64,000 nucleotides of DNA from an uncultured Bacteroidales bacterium (GCA_947074145.1 CAMTOJ010000015.1:44-64043); one strand, 5' to 3'. Positions 47,563 through 58,053 are shown, counted from the stretch's first letter. The notes: generated from the letters alone by a model not told the origin. Program-made: numbers and translations.

Positions 47563-49287
47563 TTATTCACCATATTCCGAGATCGAATCAACTTCAATTT
47601 TATCAGGCGTTTCTTTTTGCAATAGCACCTGACCATCTACGGAAACCGGTGTTACAATCTCTTTTACCTCTACAGCCCTTGGAAAAGCCTCTCCTCTTTT
47701 CAATACATCGATTGCTTTTTTAAGAGTCTTATCATCGCTGAAGAAATATTTATAAAAAGAATCGTCCCCCTGTATATTCCTTATTATATAGGATATTACC
47801 TGTCGATCTATAATTCCTTTCGAAATATTAATATAAACAGGTCGTCTGCGAACACCTTTATTGGCAGCAAACTGTACTACCTGCTCAACTAAATTTTGAG
47901 ATTTAAGATATTTCAAAAGCTCATCATAAGTGGCATATTTCAATAATTCATCTCTGTGTTTATCTGAATATTCAAATGCAAACTGATATATCAGACCTTT
48001 ATTTACCAATGTATTGAGATATGAAGTAATACCTGTTGTATCGCTTGGAACAAATATATCAGGCATCACACCTCCGCCTCCGTACACTGTACGTCCATTT
48101 GAGGTGAAATATATCAATGAATCATTCATCTTTATACTATCCTGATTATAAAACTCGCCATGATTGAAACGGTTTATAATATCCATTCCGTAATCTTCAT
48201 CATGTCCCATCTTATATTCTTTCTGAATAGATCTTCCTGATGGAATATAATATCGAGCAACAGTCAATCGCATTGCTGAACCATCAACAAAAGGGATCTG
48301 CTGTTGAACTAGACCTTTTCCAAATGAACGACGACCAATCACCGTACCGCGATCATTATCTTGAATTGCTCCGGCAAAGATCTCACTTGCAGATGCCGAC
48401 CATTCATCAATCAAGACCACAAGTGGGGCATTCTGAAACACTCCCCTTCCGTTACTTTTTGCCTCTGATCTCGCGCTATGTACTCCGTCGGTATAAACTA
48501 TAAGCTGATCTTTTGGCAAAAACTCATTTATCATATTTATGGCAATATCAAGATAACCTCCCGAATTTCCACGTAAATCAATTATATATTGCTTTCCTCC
48601 CTGAGCTGCAAGTTTTGCAAGAGAAGAGATCATTTCATTATATGTAGAACGTCCGAATTTACTAATCTTTACATAACCTGTTTCTTGATCTATCATATAT
48701 GAAGCATCAACACTGTTGACAGGTATATCTCCTCTTATTATATTAAAACTAAGAACATCTTTAGAGGTACTTCTCCTAACTCCTACTTTTACTTCTGTTC
48801 CTTTTGCTCCGCGAAGAGTTTTCATCACTTTTTCATTGGTTATATCTTTACCTGTAAAAACAGAATCGTTGATTTCCACTATTCTGTCACCGGGCATAAT
48901 ACCTATTTTTTCTGAAGGTCCTCCTGATATAACGCCAACAACCATTATTGTGTCGTTTTGTAATGAAAATTGCACTCCGATACCACTAAAGGAACCCTCG
49001 AGCTCCTCATTTGTTGATTCCAAATCCTTTGCAGGAATATAAACCGAGTGAGGATCAAGTTCATTTAGTATGGTAGGCATTGCATCTTCTATAAGCTTTT
49101 CAACATCAACTGAATCAACATACTGCGAATTGATGATATTCAATAGATATTCTATCTTATTAAAACGTGTATCTTTTTGTAGAGCTTTTTCTCCGCGAGT
49201 ACTTACTGTACCCAGATAAATACCAATTATAACTAAAACAGCTCCAAGAAATGGGAACCATACATAATTCTTTTTGTTATCACTCAT
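47563..49287 (-). CDS. S41 family C-terminal processing peptidase
   Basis: 574 aa with an N-terminal TM helix. It has a PDZ domain (GIMPGDRIVEIND), the catalytic block SASASEIFAGAIQD and the downstream GKG/lysine region. Confidence 0.9.
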   Translation of the reverse strand: MSDNKKNYVWFPFLGAVLVIIGIYLGTVSTRGEKALQKDTRFNKIEYLLNIINSQYVDSVDVEKLIEDAMPTILNELDPHSVYIPAKDLESTNEELEGSFSGIGVQFSLQNDTIMVVGVISGGPSEKIGIMPGDRIVEINDSVFTGKDITNEKVMKTLRGAKGTEVKVGVRRSTSKDVLSFNIIRGDIPVNSVDASYMIDQETGYVKISKFGRSTYNEMISSLAKLAAQGGKQYIIDLRGNSGGYLDIAINMINEFLPKDQLIVYTDGVHSARSEAKSNGRGVFQNAPLVVLIDEWSASASEIFAGAIQDNDRGTVIGRRSFGKGLVQQQIPFVDGSAMRLTVARYYIPSGRSIQKEYKMGHDEDYGMDIINRFNHGEFYNQDSIKMNDSLIYFTSNGRTVYGGGGVMPDIFVPSDTTGITSYLNTLVNKGLIYQFAFEYSDKHRDELLKYATYDELLKYLKSQNLVEQVVQFAANKGVRRRPVYINISKGIIDRQVISYIIRNIQGDDSFYKYFFSDDKTLKKAIDVLKRGEAFPRAVEVKEIVTPVSVDGQVLLQKETPDKIEVDSISEYGE

Positions 49288-49290
49288 ATT

Positions 49291-49716
49291 TTATTCATGA
49301 TTTAATTCTATTAAACAAATTTCAATTCCCGCTTTTTCGAGCAAATCTATACCATCATTAAGACGATAATTTTCTGAAAAAACCAATCTTTTAATTCCCG
49401 ACTGAATAATTAATTTCGAACATTCTATACAGGGTGATGTAGTTACATACATTGTCGCACCTTCACTACTGTTGTTTGATTTTGCAACTTTAGTAATAGC
49501 ATTTGCCTCAGCATGAAGAACATAAGGAAACGTTTTACCAATTTCATCTTCGCAAATATTATCAAACCCGGCAGGTGTACCATTGTAACCATCAGATATT
49601 ATCATCTTATCTTTGACAATCAGAGCACCAACTTTCCTTCGCTGACAATATGAGTTCTCTGCCCATATTTTTGCCATTCTAAGGTAACGCTTATCTAATT
49701 CGGATTGTTTTTTCAT
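49291..49716 (-). CDS. dCMP deaminase (cytidine/deoxycytidylate deaminase family)
   Basis: 141 aa with the zinc motifs HAEANAI and PCIECSKLI. Confidence 0.85.
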   Translation of the reverse strand: MKKQSELDKRYLRMAKIWAENSYCQRRKVGALIVKDKMIISDGYNGTPAGFDNICEDEIGKTFPYVLHAEANAITKVAKSNNSSEGATMYVTTSPCIECSKLIIQSGIKRLVFSENYRLNDGIDLLEKAGIEICLIELNHE

Positions 49717-49851
49717 AACATTATTAAAAATGATCTGTTTTGCTTTAGGGTTTTATTATTAATCAATTTATCGATACCCTTATAAAGGGTTATATGTTCA
49801 ATGTGAAGGTATCAAGTTATAAATAAATAAGCAAATATAAATTCACATCAA

Positions 49852-50835
49852 TTACACAAGGATTATATAAATATAATAGATATATCCTAAAAATAAAATT
49901 ACTCCTCCTATTCTGCCAAGTTTACCCTCGGCAAAAAACTCTCTATCAATACCTTTTTCTGCTACATCTAAAAAAAACAGTTGTTTATAAGGAAGAATAA
50001 TAAGCATAAGAAGAACAGAAAATAAAATCATCACAACGAAATCTATTTCAAAACCTTCCCAATTTACGGGTATAGGTTTAACCAATGAGGTCAATCCTAT
50101 GACACTCAATATATTAAAAATATTTGAGCCAACAATGTTACCAACTGCAATATCTGTTTCTTTTTTTAAAGCCGCAGAAATAGAAGCTGCAAGCTCAGGC
50201 AAACTTGTTCCGAAAGCTACTATTGTTACCCCTATTATTCGTTCGCTTACTCCCCATGAAAAAGCTATATTAGAAGCACCTTCAATTAAAAATCTTGCTC
50301 CCATTGCCAATCCGACTGATGAAAGAACTATAAATATAGCAGATACAAGAATACTATGTGTTTTTCCTTCGGGATCATCAACATGAACATGATTCTTTCG
50401 AGAAAAATAGATTTGACAGATTGTGAATATGATAAGAAATGCGAAACCTAATCCACCCTCCCATGAACTTATACGACCATCTGAAGCTGCCCATGTAAAC
50501 AACAATGTTGAGACCATCATTACTGGCCAGTCAATTCTAATTGAATTACGAGATACAACAAGAGGATATATTATGGCTGTTACTCCCAGTATTAAGGCGA
50601 TATTAGCAATATTTGATCCAACGACATTACCGATAGCGATCTCAGGATTTCCTTTAAAAGCAGCTTGCATACTGACAAGAAGCTCCGGTGCCGAGGTTCC
50701 GAAAGCAACTATTGTCATACCTATTACAAGTGGCGAAATTTTAAATTTAGAAGCTATAGATACAGCTCCCTTAACAAGATAATCACCGCTGAGAACCAAC
50801 AAAATCAGTCCACCTACCAGTTTTATATAATCCAC
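49852..50835 (-). CDS. Calcium/sodium antiporter (CaCA family, YrbG-like)
   Basis: 327 aa and polytopic. It has two alpha-repeats: GTSAPELLVS..GNVVGSNIANI and GTSLPELAAS..GNIVGSNIFNI. Confidence 0.85.
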   Translation of the reverse strand: MDYIKLVGGLILLVLSGDYLVKGAVSIASKFKISPLVIGMTIVAFGTSAPELLVSMQAAFKGNPEIAIGNVVGSNIANIALILGVTAIIYPLVVSRNSIRIDWPVMMVSTLLFTWAASDGRISSWEGGLGFAFLIIFTICQIYFSRKNHVHVDDPEGKTHSILVSAIFIVLSSVGLAMGARFLIEGASNIAFSWGVSERIIGVTIVAFGTSLPELAASISAALKKETDIAVGNIVGSNIFNILSVIGLTSLVKPIPVNWEGFEIDFVVMILFSVLLMLIILPYKQLFFLDVAEKGIDREFFAEGKLGRIGGVILFLGYIYYIYIILV

Positions 50836-50913
50836 TATATCAATTATTAATTTTTACCGAGTATATTATTCAAAAGAATATCTTTTGAATGAGTTTTACG
50901 CACAAAAATAGGA

Positions 50914-50964
50914 TAAAAAAACAACCGTATTAAAAAAAATGATATTCTTTTTTAATACGGTTGT
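50914..50964 (-). terminator. Rho-independent terminator after the M3 peptidase gene
   Basis: The 17-bp perfect stem ACAACCGTATTAAAAAA/TTTTTTAATACGGTTGT is followed on the minus strand by T7. Confidence 0.7.
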
Positions 50965-50996
50965 AAATTAATTATGTTATAAAAATAAGGCAAGGA

Positions 50997-53084
50997 TTAT
51001 TTTTTGATCCCGTCTCTTTTCATCATAGCATCTATTGATGGTTCCTGACCTCTAAATCTTTTATAAAGAATCATAGGATCCTCAGTTCCCCCTTTTTCAA
51101 GTATATTTTTTCTGAAAGATTCTGCTGTTTCTTTATCAAACAAACCATTTTCCTGGAACTTAGCAAAAGCATCGGCATCAAGAACCTCTGCCCATTTGTA
51201 GCTATAATACCCGGCAGCATATCCGCCTGCGAATATATGGCTGAATGCTGATGCAATACTTGTATTTTCAACCGCAGGAAGAATAAGTGTCGATTCTGTA
51301 GCTTCTTGTTCGAAATCAAAAAGATTAGCTGTTATAGGTTCGGTGATGGTATGAAATTTCATATCTAGTTTCCCGAATGTCAGCTGACGCAGACAAGCAT
51401 ACCCTACATTATAGTTTGAAGAAGCCTTAATTTTCTCAACAAGTTCTACTGGTATTTTTTCTCCTGTTTCATAGTGTGCAGCAAACGTATCAAGGAAATC
51501 CTTTTCGCCAAGATAATTTTCAAGGATCTGAGAAGGTAACTCTACGAAATCTCTGTAAACACTTGTTCCCGACATTGATGCGTAAGTAACATTAGAAAGC
51601 ATTCCGTGAAGTGCATGACCAAATTCATGAAGGAAAGTTTCAGCTTCATCATAGTTAAGAAGCGCAGGTTTGTCACCCGTAGGTCTTGTGAAATTCATCA
51701 CGATTATGATATGTGGACGACTGTCTTTTTTTCCCTCTTTCCATTGTGGTTTGAAATCGTTTTTCCATGCTCCGGGACGTTTTCCGTCTCTTGGAAAGAA
51801 GTCTGTATAAAGTACAGCCAAATATTTTCCGTCTTTGTCAAATACTTCGTAAGCATCTACTTCTTCATTGTAGACCTGAATTTTTTTGTTTTTCTTAAAT
51901 GTCAATCCATAAAGTTCAGTTGCAAGTCCGAATACACCCTTTTTCACACTCTCAAGTGGAAAATAAGGACGAAGAGCTTCATCATTAATACTATATCTTG
52001 CATCTTTAAGTTTATCAGAATAGTAAGCCCAATCCCAAGGCATAATATCTATATTCTTACCTTCCATTCCCACTGCGAAACCTTGCACGGCAGCCAATTC
52101 CTCTCTTGCAAATGGTTTATATGCAGTAGCAAGTTCATCAAGAAGATTATTTACATTTTCAGGATTTTCAGCCATTCTTCTCTTAAGAACTCTTGTAGCA
52201 TAATTATCGAATCCAAAAAGTTTCGACATTTCAAGTCTTAACTCTGCTGTTCTTTTAATAACTTCCACATTACTGTATTCCCCTTCTAAAGCTCTTGAAG
52301 TATATGATTTATACATTTTCTCTCTTAAATCTCTTCTTGAAGAGTATTTCATGAAAGGCACATAACTCGGAGCCTGATGAGTAAACAAGTAACCCTCTTT
52401 CCCTTTATTGTTAGCAGTAATTTTAGCTGCTTCTTTCACTCCTTCAGGAAGTCCTGCAAGTTCCTCTTCCGATGTTAACAACATTTCGAAAGCATTAGTG
52501 GCTTTTTGAACGTTCTGTGCAAAAGTCAGAGAAAGTTGCGAAAGTTCATTTGATATCTCACGATATTTTTCTTTTTTCTCCTCGCTAAGAGTAGCTCCGC
52601 TATTCTCGAAACTTTCATATGTATTTGTTACAAGTTTTTTCTGTTCCGGATTAAGATTAAACTTATCCATATTATCGTAAACCGATTTTACTCTTTTGTA
52701 AAGTGCTTCATTTAGCGACACATTATTTGAGTGATCCGACAACATTGGCTGAACCTTCTGTGAAAGTTCCATCATTTCATCGTTTCCATCAGTATAAAGT
52801 ACGTTGAAAAAACTTTTGATTGTTTTATCAAGAATTTCCCCCGAATTTTCAAGAGCTACAATAGTATTTTCAAACGTTGGCTCTGCCGGATTAGATGTAA
52901 TTTTATCTACATCAGCCTGAGCTTGTTTGATACCCTGTTCAAAAGCGGGAAAATAATGTTCCATTTTAATCGAATTAAAAGGAATTGTCTCTCTCGGCGT
53001 ACTATATTTCTTAAAGAAAGGATTTGTTGATGCTGATAAAGTCATACTTGTAATCAATAAAACTGATAATAATAATTTTTTCAT
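50997..53084 (-). CDS. dcp: M3 family metallopeptidase (peptidyl-dipeptidase Dcp-like)
   Basis: 695 aa with a signal peptide. It has the HEFGHALH zinc motif and an M3A-type length and layout. Confidence 0.85.
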   Translation of the reverse strand: MKKLLLSVLLITSMTLSASTNPFFKKYSTPRETIPFNSIKMEHYFPAFEQGIKQAQADVDKITSNPAEPTFENTIVALENSGEILDKTIKSFFNVLYTDGNDEMMELSQKVQPMLSDHSNNVSLNEALYKRVKSVYDNMDKFNLNPEQKKLVTNTYESFENSGATLSEEKKEKYREISNELSQLSLTFAQNVQKATNAFEMLLTSEEELAGLPEGVKEAAKITANNKGKEGYLFTHQAPSYVPFMKYSSRRDLREKMYKSYTSRALEGEYSNVEVIKRTAELRLEMSKLFGFDNYATRVLKRRMAENPENVNNLLDELATAYKPFAREELAAVQGFAVGMEGKNIDIMPWDWAYYSDKLKDARYSINDEALRPYFPLESVKKGVFGLATELYGLTFKKNKKIQVYNEEVDAYEVFDKDGKYLAVLYTDFFPRDGKRPGAWKNDFKPQWKEGKKDSRPHIIIVMNFTRPTGDKPALLNYDEAETFLHEFGHALHGMLSNVTYASMSGTSVYRDFVELPSQILENYLGEKDFLDTFAAHYETGEKIPVELVEKIKASSNYNVGYACLRQLTFGKLDMKFHTITEPITANLFDFEQEATESTLILPAVENTSIASAFSHIFAGGYAAGYYSYKWAEVLDADAFAKFQENGLFDKETAESFRKNILEKGGTEDPMILYKRFRGQEPSIDAMMKRDGIKK

Positions 53085-53224
53085 ATAAAGCTGTAATGTT
53101 TAGGCATTCTTCTACACAAAGATGCATAAATTTTAATTATAACACAAATAATTCAAATTAGAGTAGCAAAATGTCAACCATGAATCGCATATACCTACAT
53201 ATATGCCAGAATATTTTACAAAAT

Positions 53225-53260
53225 GACCCCCGAAAAAAAGTTCCGGGGGTCTTATTTTTA
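53225..53260 (-). terminator. GC-rich hairpin terminator after the phosphoglucomutase gene
   Basis: The stem GACCCCCG/CGGGGGTC (8 bp) has an 11-nt loop. Flanks are T-rich on both strands, and the minus-strand U-tract is short. Confidence 0.5.
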
Positions 53261-53303
53261 AATCCACTATCGGTCTATAATACCATTTTCGTGGATATGA
53301 TTT

Positions 53304-55052
53304 TTATACACCTAAAGACTCAAGCACTTTAAGCACTTTTGCATCGGCTGCTGCGTTTGCGGCATTAAAGTCTTCTCTTGTTTTAAGTTCTCCGCGTACT
53401 TCTACATAGAACTTAATCTTAGGTTCAGTTCCTGAAGGACGAACAGAAACTTTTGTTCCATCTTCTGTAAAATACTGAAGTACGTTTGATGTTGTCGGCA
53501 TATCAAGAGTATAAGTCTCATTTTCCTGAACATCAAAAGCCTTAAGATTTGCATAATCCTTTATTAGGATAACTTTAGAACCGGCAATTTCAGCTGGTGG
53601 ATTTTTACGGAAGTTTATCATCATTGCTTCAATCTCTTCTGCTCCACTCTTACCTTTCTTAACAACAGAAACTCCTTTTTCTTTACCAAAACCATAAGTC
53701 AGGTATATATCCTGGATCATTTCATACATTGTTTTACCGTTGTCTTTTGCCCAAGCAGCAATCTCTGCCATCAATGCACATGCTGATACAGCATCTTTAT
53801 CACGACAAAATGCTTCAGCAAGGAATCCGTAGCTCTCTTCACCTCCACCGATATATTTTTTCTTTCCTTCGTTTTCACGGATAACTGCTGCAATCCATTT
53901 GAAACCTGTATAACAATCAAACATCTGAACATTGTTTCTGTCTGCTATTGTTTTTACAAGCTCTGTTGTAACGATAGTTTTAACAATATATTCGTTTCCG
54001 TTAATCCAACCAAGTTCTTTATAACGAGTGATAATATAATTAAGGAAGATCATCACAATCTGGTTACCGTTTACAAGTACCCATTCGCCATTGTTATCCT
54101 TAACTGCTATACCAAGACGGTCAGCATCAGGGTCAGAAGCCATCACGATATCAGCATCAGTAGCTTTTGCTGTTTCAACCGCCATACTAAGTGCAGCAGG
54201 CTCTTCCGGATTTGGAGAAACCACTGTAGGGAAATCACCACTAACCACGTTTTGAGCATCAACACTTATAATATTGTTGAATCCCCAACTGCGAAGTGCT
54301 GCAGGTATAATATGTACACCGGTTCCGTGGATTGGAGTATAAACAATCTTAAGATCCGAGTTACGTTGAATAGCATCGGATGAAAGAGATAAAGTCTTGA
54401 TATTTGCAAGGAATTTCTCGTCAATCTCTTTTCCTATCGAAACAAGTAAATCATTATTTCCTTTGAAATTGATATCTTTTACAGAACGCACTTTATTCAC
54501 CTCTGAAATAATATTTCTGTCGTGTGGTGCGATAACCTGTGCGCCGTCGTTCCAATATGCTTTGTAACCGTTATATTCTTTTGGGTTATGAGAAGCTGTA
54601 AGGATAATACCACTCTGACATCCAAGTTCGCGAATCGCGAATGAAACCTCAGGTGTAGGTCTTAAATCTTCAAAAAGATACGCTTTGATTCCGTTTGCAG
54701 TGAAAATATCTGCTGCTGTTTCTGCGAAGAAACGGCTATTGTTACGACAATCGTGCCCTATCACAACACTAATTTCCGGAAGTGATTCGAACTCTTTTTT
54801 CAAATAATTTGCCAAACCTTGTGTAGCTGCTCCGACAGTATATTTGTTCATGCGGTTAGAACCTACGCCCATAATACCACGCAAACCTCCTGTTCCGAAC
54901 TCTAAATCCTTATAAAACGCTTCGATAAGATCTGTTTTATCTTCGTTTGCAAGCATTTGTTCTACTGTCGCTCTGGATTCAGCATCATAACTCTCATCAA
55001 GCCATGTTTTAGCTTTACCTGTTACTTCTTTTATTAAATCTTCGTTTGCCAT
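53304..55052 (-). CDS. Phosphoglucomutase / phospho-sugar mutase (PgcA-like)
   Basis: 582 aa. It has the active-site loop TASHNPKEYNGYK, the metal loop DPDADR and the sugar-binding GGEESYG. Confidence 0.9.
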   Translation of the reverse strand: MANEDLIKEVTGKAKTWLDESYDAESRATVEQMLANEDKTDLIEAFYKDLEFGTGGLRGIMGVGSNRMNKYTVGAATQGLANYLKKEFESLPEISVVIGHDCRNNSRFFAETAADIFTANGIKAYLFEDLRPTPEVSFAIRELGCQSGIILTASHNPKEYNGYKAYWNDGAQVIAPHDRNIISEVNKVRSVKDINFKGNNDLLVSIGKEIDEKFLANIKTLSLSSDAIQRNSDLKIVYTPIHGTGVHIIPAALRSWGFNNIISVDAQNVVSGDFPTVVSPNPEEPAALSMAVETAKATDADIVMASDPDADRLGIAVKDNNGEWVLVNGNQIVMIFLNYIITRYKELGWINGNEYIVKTIVTTELVKTIADRNNVQMFDCYTGFKWIAAVIRENEGKKKYIGGGEESYGFLAEAFCRDKDAVSACALMAEIAAWAKDNGKTMYEMIQDIYLTYGFGKEKGVSVVKKGKSGAEEIEAMMINFRKNPPAEIAGSKVILIKDYANLKAFDVQENETYTLDMPTTSNVLQYFTEDGTKVSVRPSGTEPKIKFYVEVRGELKTREDFNAANAAADAKVLKVLESLGV

Positions 55053-55095
55053 TTTTATTTTTTTAATGAAGACAATTATTTAAGTGTATTTTATG

Positions 55096-55103
55096 CAAAT
55101 ATA
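55096..55103 (-). promoter_or_regulatory. Candidate -7 promoter box TATATTTG for the phosphoglucomutase gene
   Basis: Exact TAnnTTTG on the minus strand, 44 nt upstream of the ATG at 55052. Confidence 0.3.
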
Positions 55104-55451
55104 CAAAAAGGTCAATAAGTCAATCAACAATCTTAAAACATTCAACAAAAAAATATGTTTTAAATCGAATATTTATACTCTATATTCTATCAATTTTAAT
55201 ATTTTTTTTCGATTATTTCCTCTCTTTAATCTTACTTAAACAGATATCGACCAGACATATGTGATCTTTTTTCACATTTCCATTTAGAAATAATAAAATT
55301 CATCATCGTATCAATCACATATTATATTCATGTTATCAAGATTATATATCATGATTTTTATAGCCTAAACACCTTTTTTTATCCTTGCTTTCCTTTTTTT
55401 TACAACATAGCTTATTTCGTCGAACGTCTTTGTTATGGCCGGTAAACAAAG

Positions 55452-55501
55452 TAGCTAATACCGATTAGTATGTTAGCTAATAAACGAATCGGTATTAGCT
55501 A
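55452..55501. repeat. 15-bp perfect inverted repeat TAGCTAATACCGATT / AATCGGTATTAGCTA inside a repeat-dense intergenic island
   Basis: Arms are 55452..55466 and 55487..55501. The 20-nt spacer contains a third TAGCTAATA copy (55474..55482). Confidence 0.85.
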
Positions 55502-55844
55502 TGAATTTTTTGACAATAGCTTAGGCGTTTGACAAAAGTAGTTATGCTCGTAAAAAAGGGTTGTGAGATTTAAAAAAAGGGGTTAAAGTGTCAAACAACG
55601 TATTTCTGAATAAACAAAACTTTAACTTGTTATGAAAAAATAAAGCTATTGAACAGGTATTGGTGATTTAGATCTGAAGAGAGTAAATAATCATTATTTC
55701 TAATTTTTTGTATATTATTTCTAACATCAATGCACTTATTAGGACGATTTTTGCATTATCATAAATAAACGTCATTGTCATATTAATCAATAATATTTAT
55801 TTTAGCGATATTATTATTGACACAATATTCACTAAACAGATATC

Positions 55845-57881
55845 ATGAGAAAGAAAGTTGTTTTATCTCTTCTTGCCGCATCGGTTATATCGTCAACTTA
55901 TGCAGCAACAGAACCGGGATTCTATCCCATAACTCCTATCCAGTTTACTCAGGTTAAGGTAAAAGATGCCAGTTTTTGGGGCGATCGTATCAAAGCAAAC
56001 AGAGAGGTTACTATCCCTTTGGCATTCAATAAATGTGAAACGGAGGGTCGTATAGAAAATTTCGTTAAGGCTGCTAATCCAAGTTGCGAATATAAAGTTG
56101 GTGGATTTTCATTTGATGACACAGATGTTTACAAAACAATTGAGGGAGCCAGCTATGCAATGCAAACCAAAGCTGACAAAAAACTAAGTAAATATATAGA
56201 CTCTGTGCTGACTATAGTATCTAAGGCTCAAGAGCCTGACGGATATCTGTTTACATCAAGAACAATGAATCCTGAAAAACCACATGACTGGGCGGGAAGT
56301 GAAAGATGGTGTAAGGTTGAAGAGTTAAGCCACGAGTTCTATAATCTTGGTCATATGCTTGAAGGTGCTGTGGCTCATTACAGAGCTACCGGAAAAAGAA
56401 ATTTTCTTGATATTGCTATAAAATATGCCGATTGTATAAATAATGAGATTGGCAATGCTCCGGGTAAACAAATAAAAGTTCCCGGTCATCAGATTGCTGA
56501 GATGGGTCTGGCAAAACTTTATACAGTAACGGGAGAGAAAAAATATCTTGACCTTGCAAAATTTTTCCTTGACCAACGTGGTTATACATCAAGAAAGGAT
56601 CTTTACAGTCAGGCACATAAGCCTGTAATCGAACAAGATGAAGCTGTGGGACACGCTGTAAGAGCTGTGTATATGTATTCAGGAATGGCAGACATTGCTG
56701 CACTTACAGGTGATTCGGCTTATATTACCGCTATCGGAAAACTGTGGGACAATGTAGTGTCGAAAAAATATTATATCACAGGTGGTATCGGGGCAACACA
56801 TCACGGAGAGGCTTTCGGTGCTAATTACGAGTTGCCTAATGCAACAGCATATTGCGAAACATGTGCTGCAATCGGAAATGTATATTGGAATCACCGTCTA
56901 TTCCTTCTTCATGGAGATTCTAAATATTATGATGTACTTGAGAGAACTCTTTACAATGGTGTTATTTCAGGGGTCTCAATCGACGGCGGAGGATTCTTCT
57001 ATCCTAATCCACTTGAAAGCAGTGGCAATTATGAGCGTAAGGCATGGTTTGGTTGCGCTTGTTGTCCATCAAATGTATCAAGATTTATCCCATCCTTACC
57101 GGGATATATCTATGCTGTAAAAGATGAATCACTTTATGTGAATCTTTTTGAATCGAATACTGCTGAGATGAAAGTAAACGGAAAGAAAGTGAAGATTACT
57201 CAAGAAACCGATTATCCATGGAATGGAGATATAAATATTACGATTTCGCCTGCCGGAAAACAAAAATTTGCTCTTAAAGTCAGAGTCCCGGGATGGGTTC
57301 AAGGGAGTGTAGTCCCAAGTGATCTATATACTTATATAGACAATAAATCTCTTTCTTATGATATTAAAGTCAACGGTTCTAAGATTGAGGGTGAAATGAT
57401 AGACGGATATTTCACTATTTCTCGCGAATGGAAAAAGGGTGATAAAGTAAGTGTAAATTTCGAGATGCAGCCAAGAATGGTTAAAGCTCACGAAAAAGTT
57501 GAAGCTGACAAAGGTAGAGTGTCAATTGAGCGTGGCCCTCTTGTTTATTGTGCCGAATGGCCTGATAATAACATGAGTGTATTAAGCCTTCTTGTAAATA
57601 AGAATCCAGAGTTTACAGTTGAAAACAAACCGGAACTGCTTAACGGCGTAAATATTTTGAAAACTACTGTACAGTCGTTAGGTTATACTTCTGAGGGAAA
57701 ACTTATGACACGCGACACTCAACTGACAATGATTCCTTACTATGCATGGGCTCATCGTGGTCAGGGAGAAATGATTGTTTGGTTGCCGGCTCAGGTAAAT
57801 GCTGTTAAACCTATGAATAATGTTGAAAACATTAAGACTGAAACAGTTGGTACTAATGAGTTTTTCGGTGGAAGCAATTAA
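55845..57881 (+). CDS. Glycoside hydrolase family 127 (beta-L-arabinofuranosidase, DUF1680-type)
   Basis: 678 aa with a signal peptide. Conserved GH127 blocks: HEFYNLGHMLEG, GHQ, YCETCA and the Cys cluster FGCACCPSNVSRF. Confidence 0.85.
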   Translation: MRKKVVLSLLAASVISSTYAATEPGFYPITPIQFTQVKVKDASFWGDRIKANREVTIPLAFNKCETEGRIENFVKAANPSCEYKVGGFSFDDTDVYKTIEGASYAMQTKADKKLSKYIDSVLTIVSKAQEPDGYLFTSRTMNPEKPHDWAGSERWCKVEELSHEFYNLGHMLEGAVAHYRATGKRNFLDIAIKYADCINNEIGNAPGKQIKVPGHQIAEMGLAKLYTVTGEKKYLDLAKFFLDQRGYTSRKDLYSQAHKPVIEQDEAVGHAVRAVYMYSGMADIAALTGDSAYITAIGKLWDNVVSKKYYITGGIGATHHGEAFGANYELPNATAYCETCAAIGNVYWNHRLFLLHGDSKYYDVLERTLYNGVISGVSIDGGGFFYPNPLESSGNYERKAWFGCACCPSNVSRFIPSLPGYIYAVKDESLYVNLFESNTAEMKVNGKKVKITQETDYPWNGDINITISPAGKQKFALKVRVPGWVQGSVVPSDLYTYIDNKSLSYDIKVNGSKIEGEMIDGYFTISREWKKGDKVSVNFEMQPRMVKAHEKVEADKGRVSIERGPLVYCAEWPDNNMSVLSLLVNKNPEFTVENKPELLNGVNILKTTVQSLGYTSEGKLMTRDTQLTMIPYYAWAHRGQGEMIVWLPAQVNAVKPMNNVENIKTETVGTNEFFGGSN

Positions 57882-57947
57882 ATATTAATCTTTTGAAATT
57901 TTCTATATATAAATAGGTATAAGAAGATTGTTGATTATATAAGAAAG

Positions 57948-57985
57948 GGTTGGAAGATCAAATTATGATCTTCCAACCTTTTTTT
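57948..57985 (+). terminator. Rho-independent terminator after the GH127 gene
   Basis: The 12-bp perfect stem GGTTGGAAGATC/GATCTTCCAACC has a 7-nt loop and is followed by T7. Confidence 0.8.
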
Positions 57986-58019
57986 ATGATATCTCTGTTT
58001 TTCATATTGCTTTAGAGGT

Positions 58020-58027
58020 TATTTTTG
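58020..58027 (+). promoter_or_regulatory. Candidate -7 promoter box TATTTTTG for the ttcA-like gene
   Basis: Exact TAnnTTTG, 27 nt upstream of the ATG at 58054. Confidence 0.3.
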
Positions 58028-58053
58028 CATCCTATTCATCATATATATATTTC

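Noticed and set aside
50099-52241. Antisense ORFs 50099..50386, 50423..50782, 50665..50850 (in the CaCA gene) and 51606..52241, 51071..51319 (in dcp). The same applies to 22853..23434, 32677..33123, 31851..32186, 56325..57120 and others.
   Set aside because: They overlap confidently assigned genes on the opposite strand or in another frame, and none carries a recognisable motif.
55440-55510. tRNA-like or T-loop-like sequence (ACGAATCGG) in the repeat island
   Set aside because: No acceptor stem, D-arm or anticodon arm can be drawn. The pairing is fully explained by the 15-bp inverted repeat.
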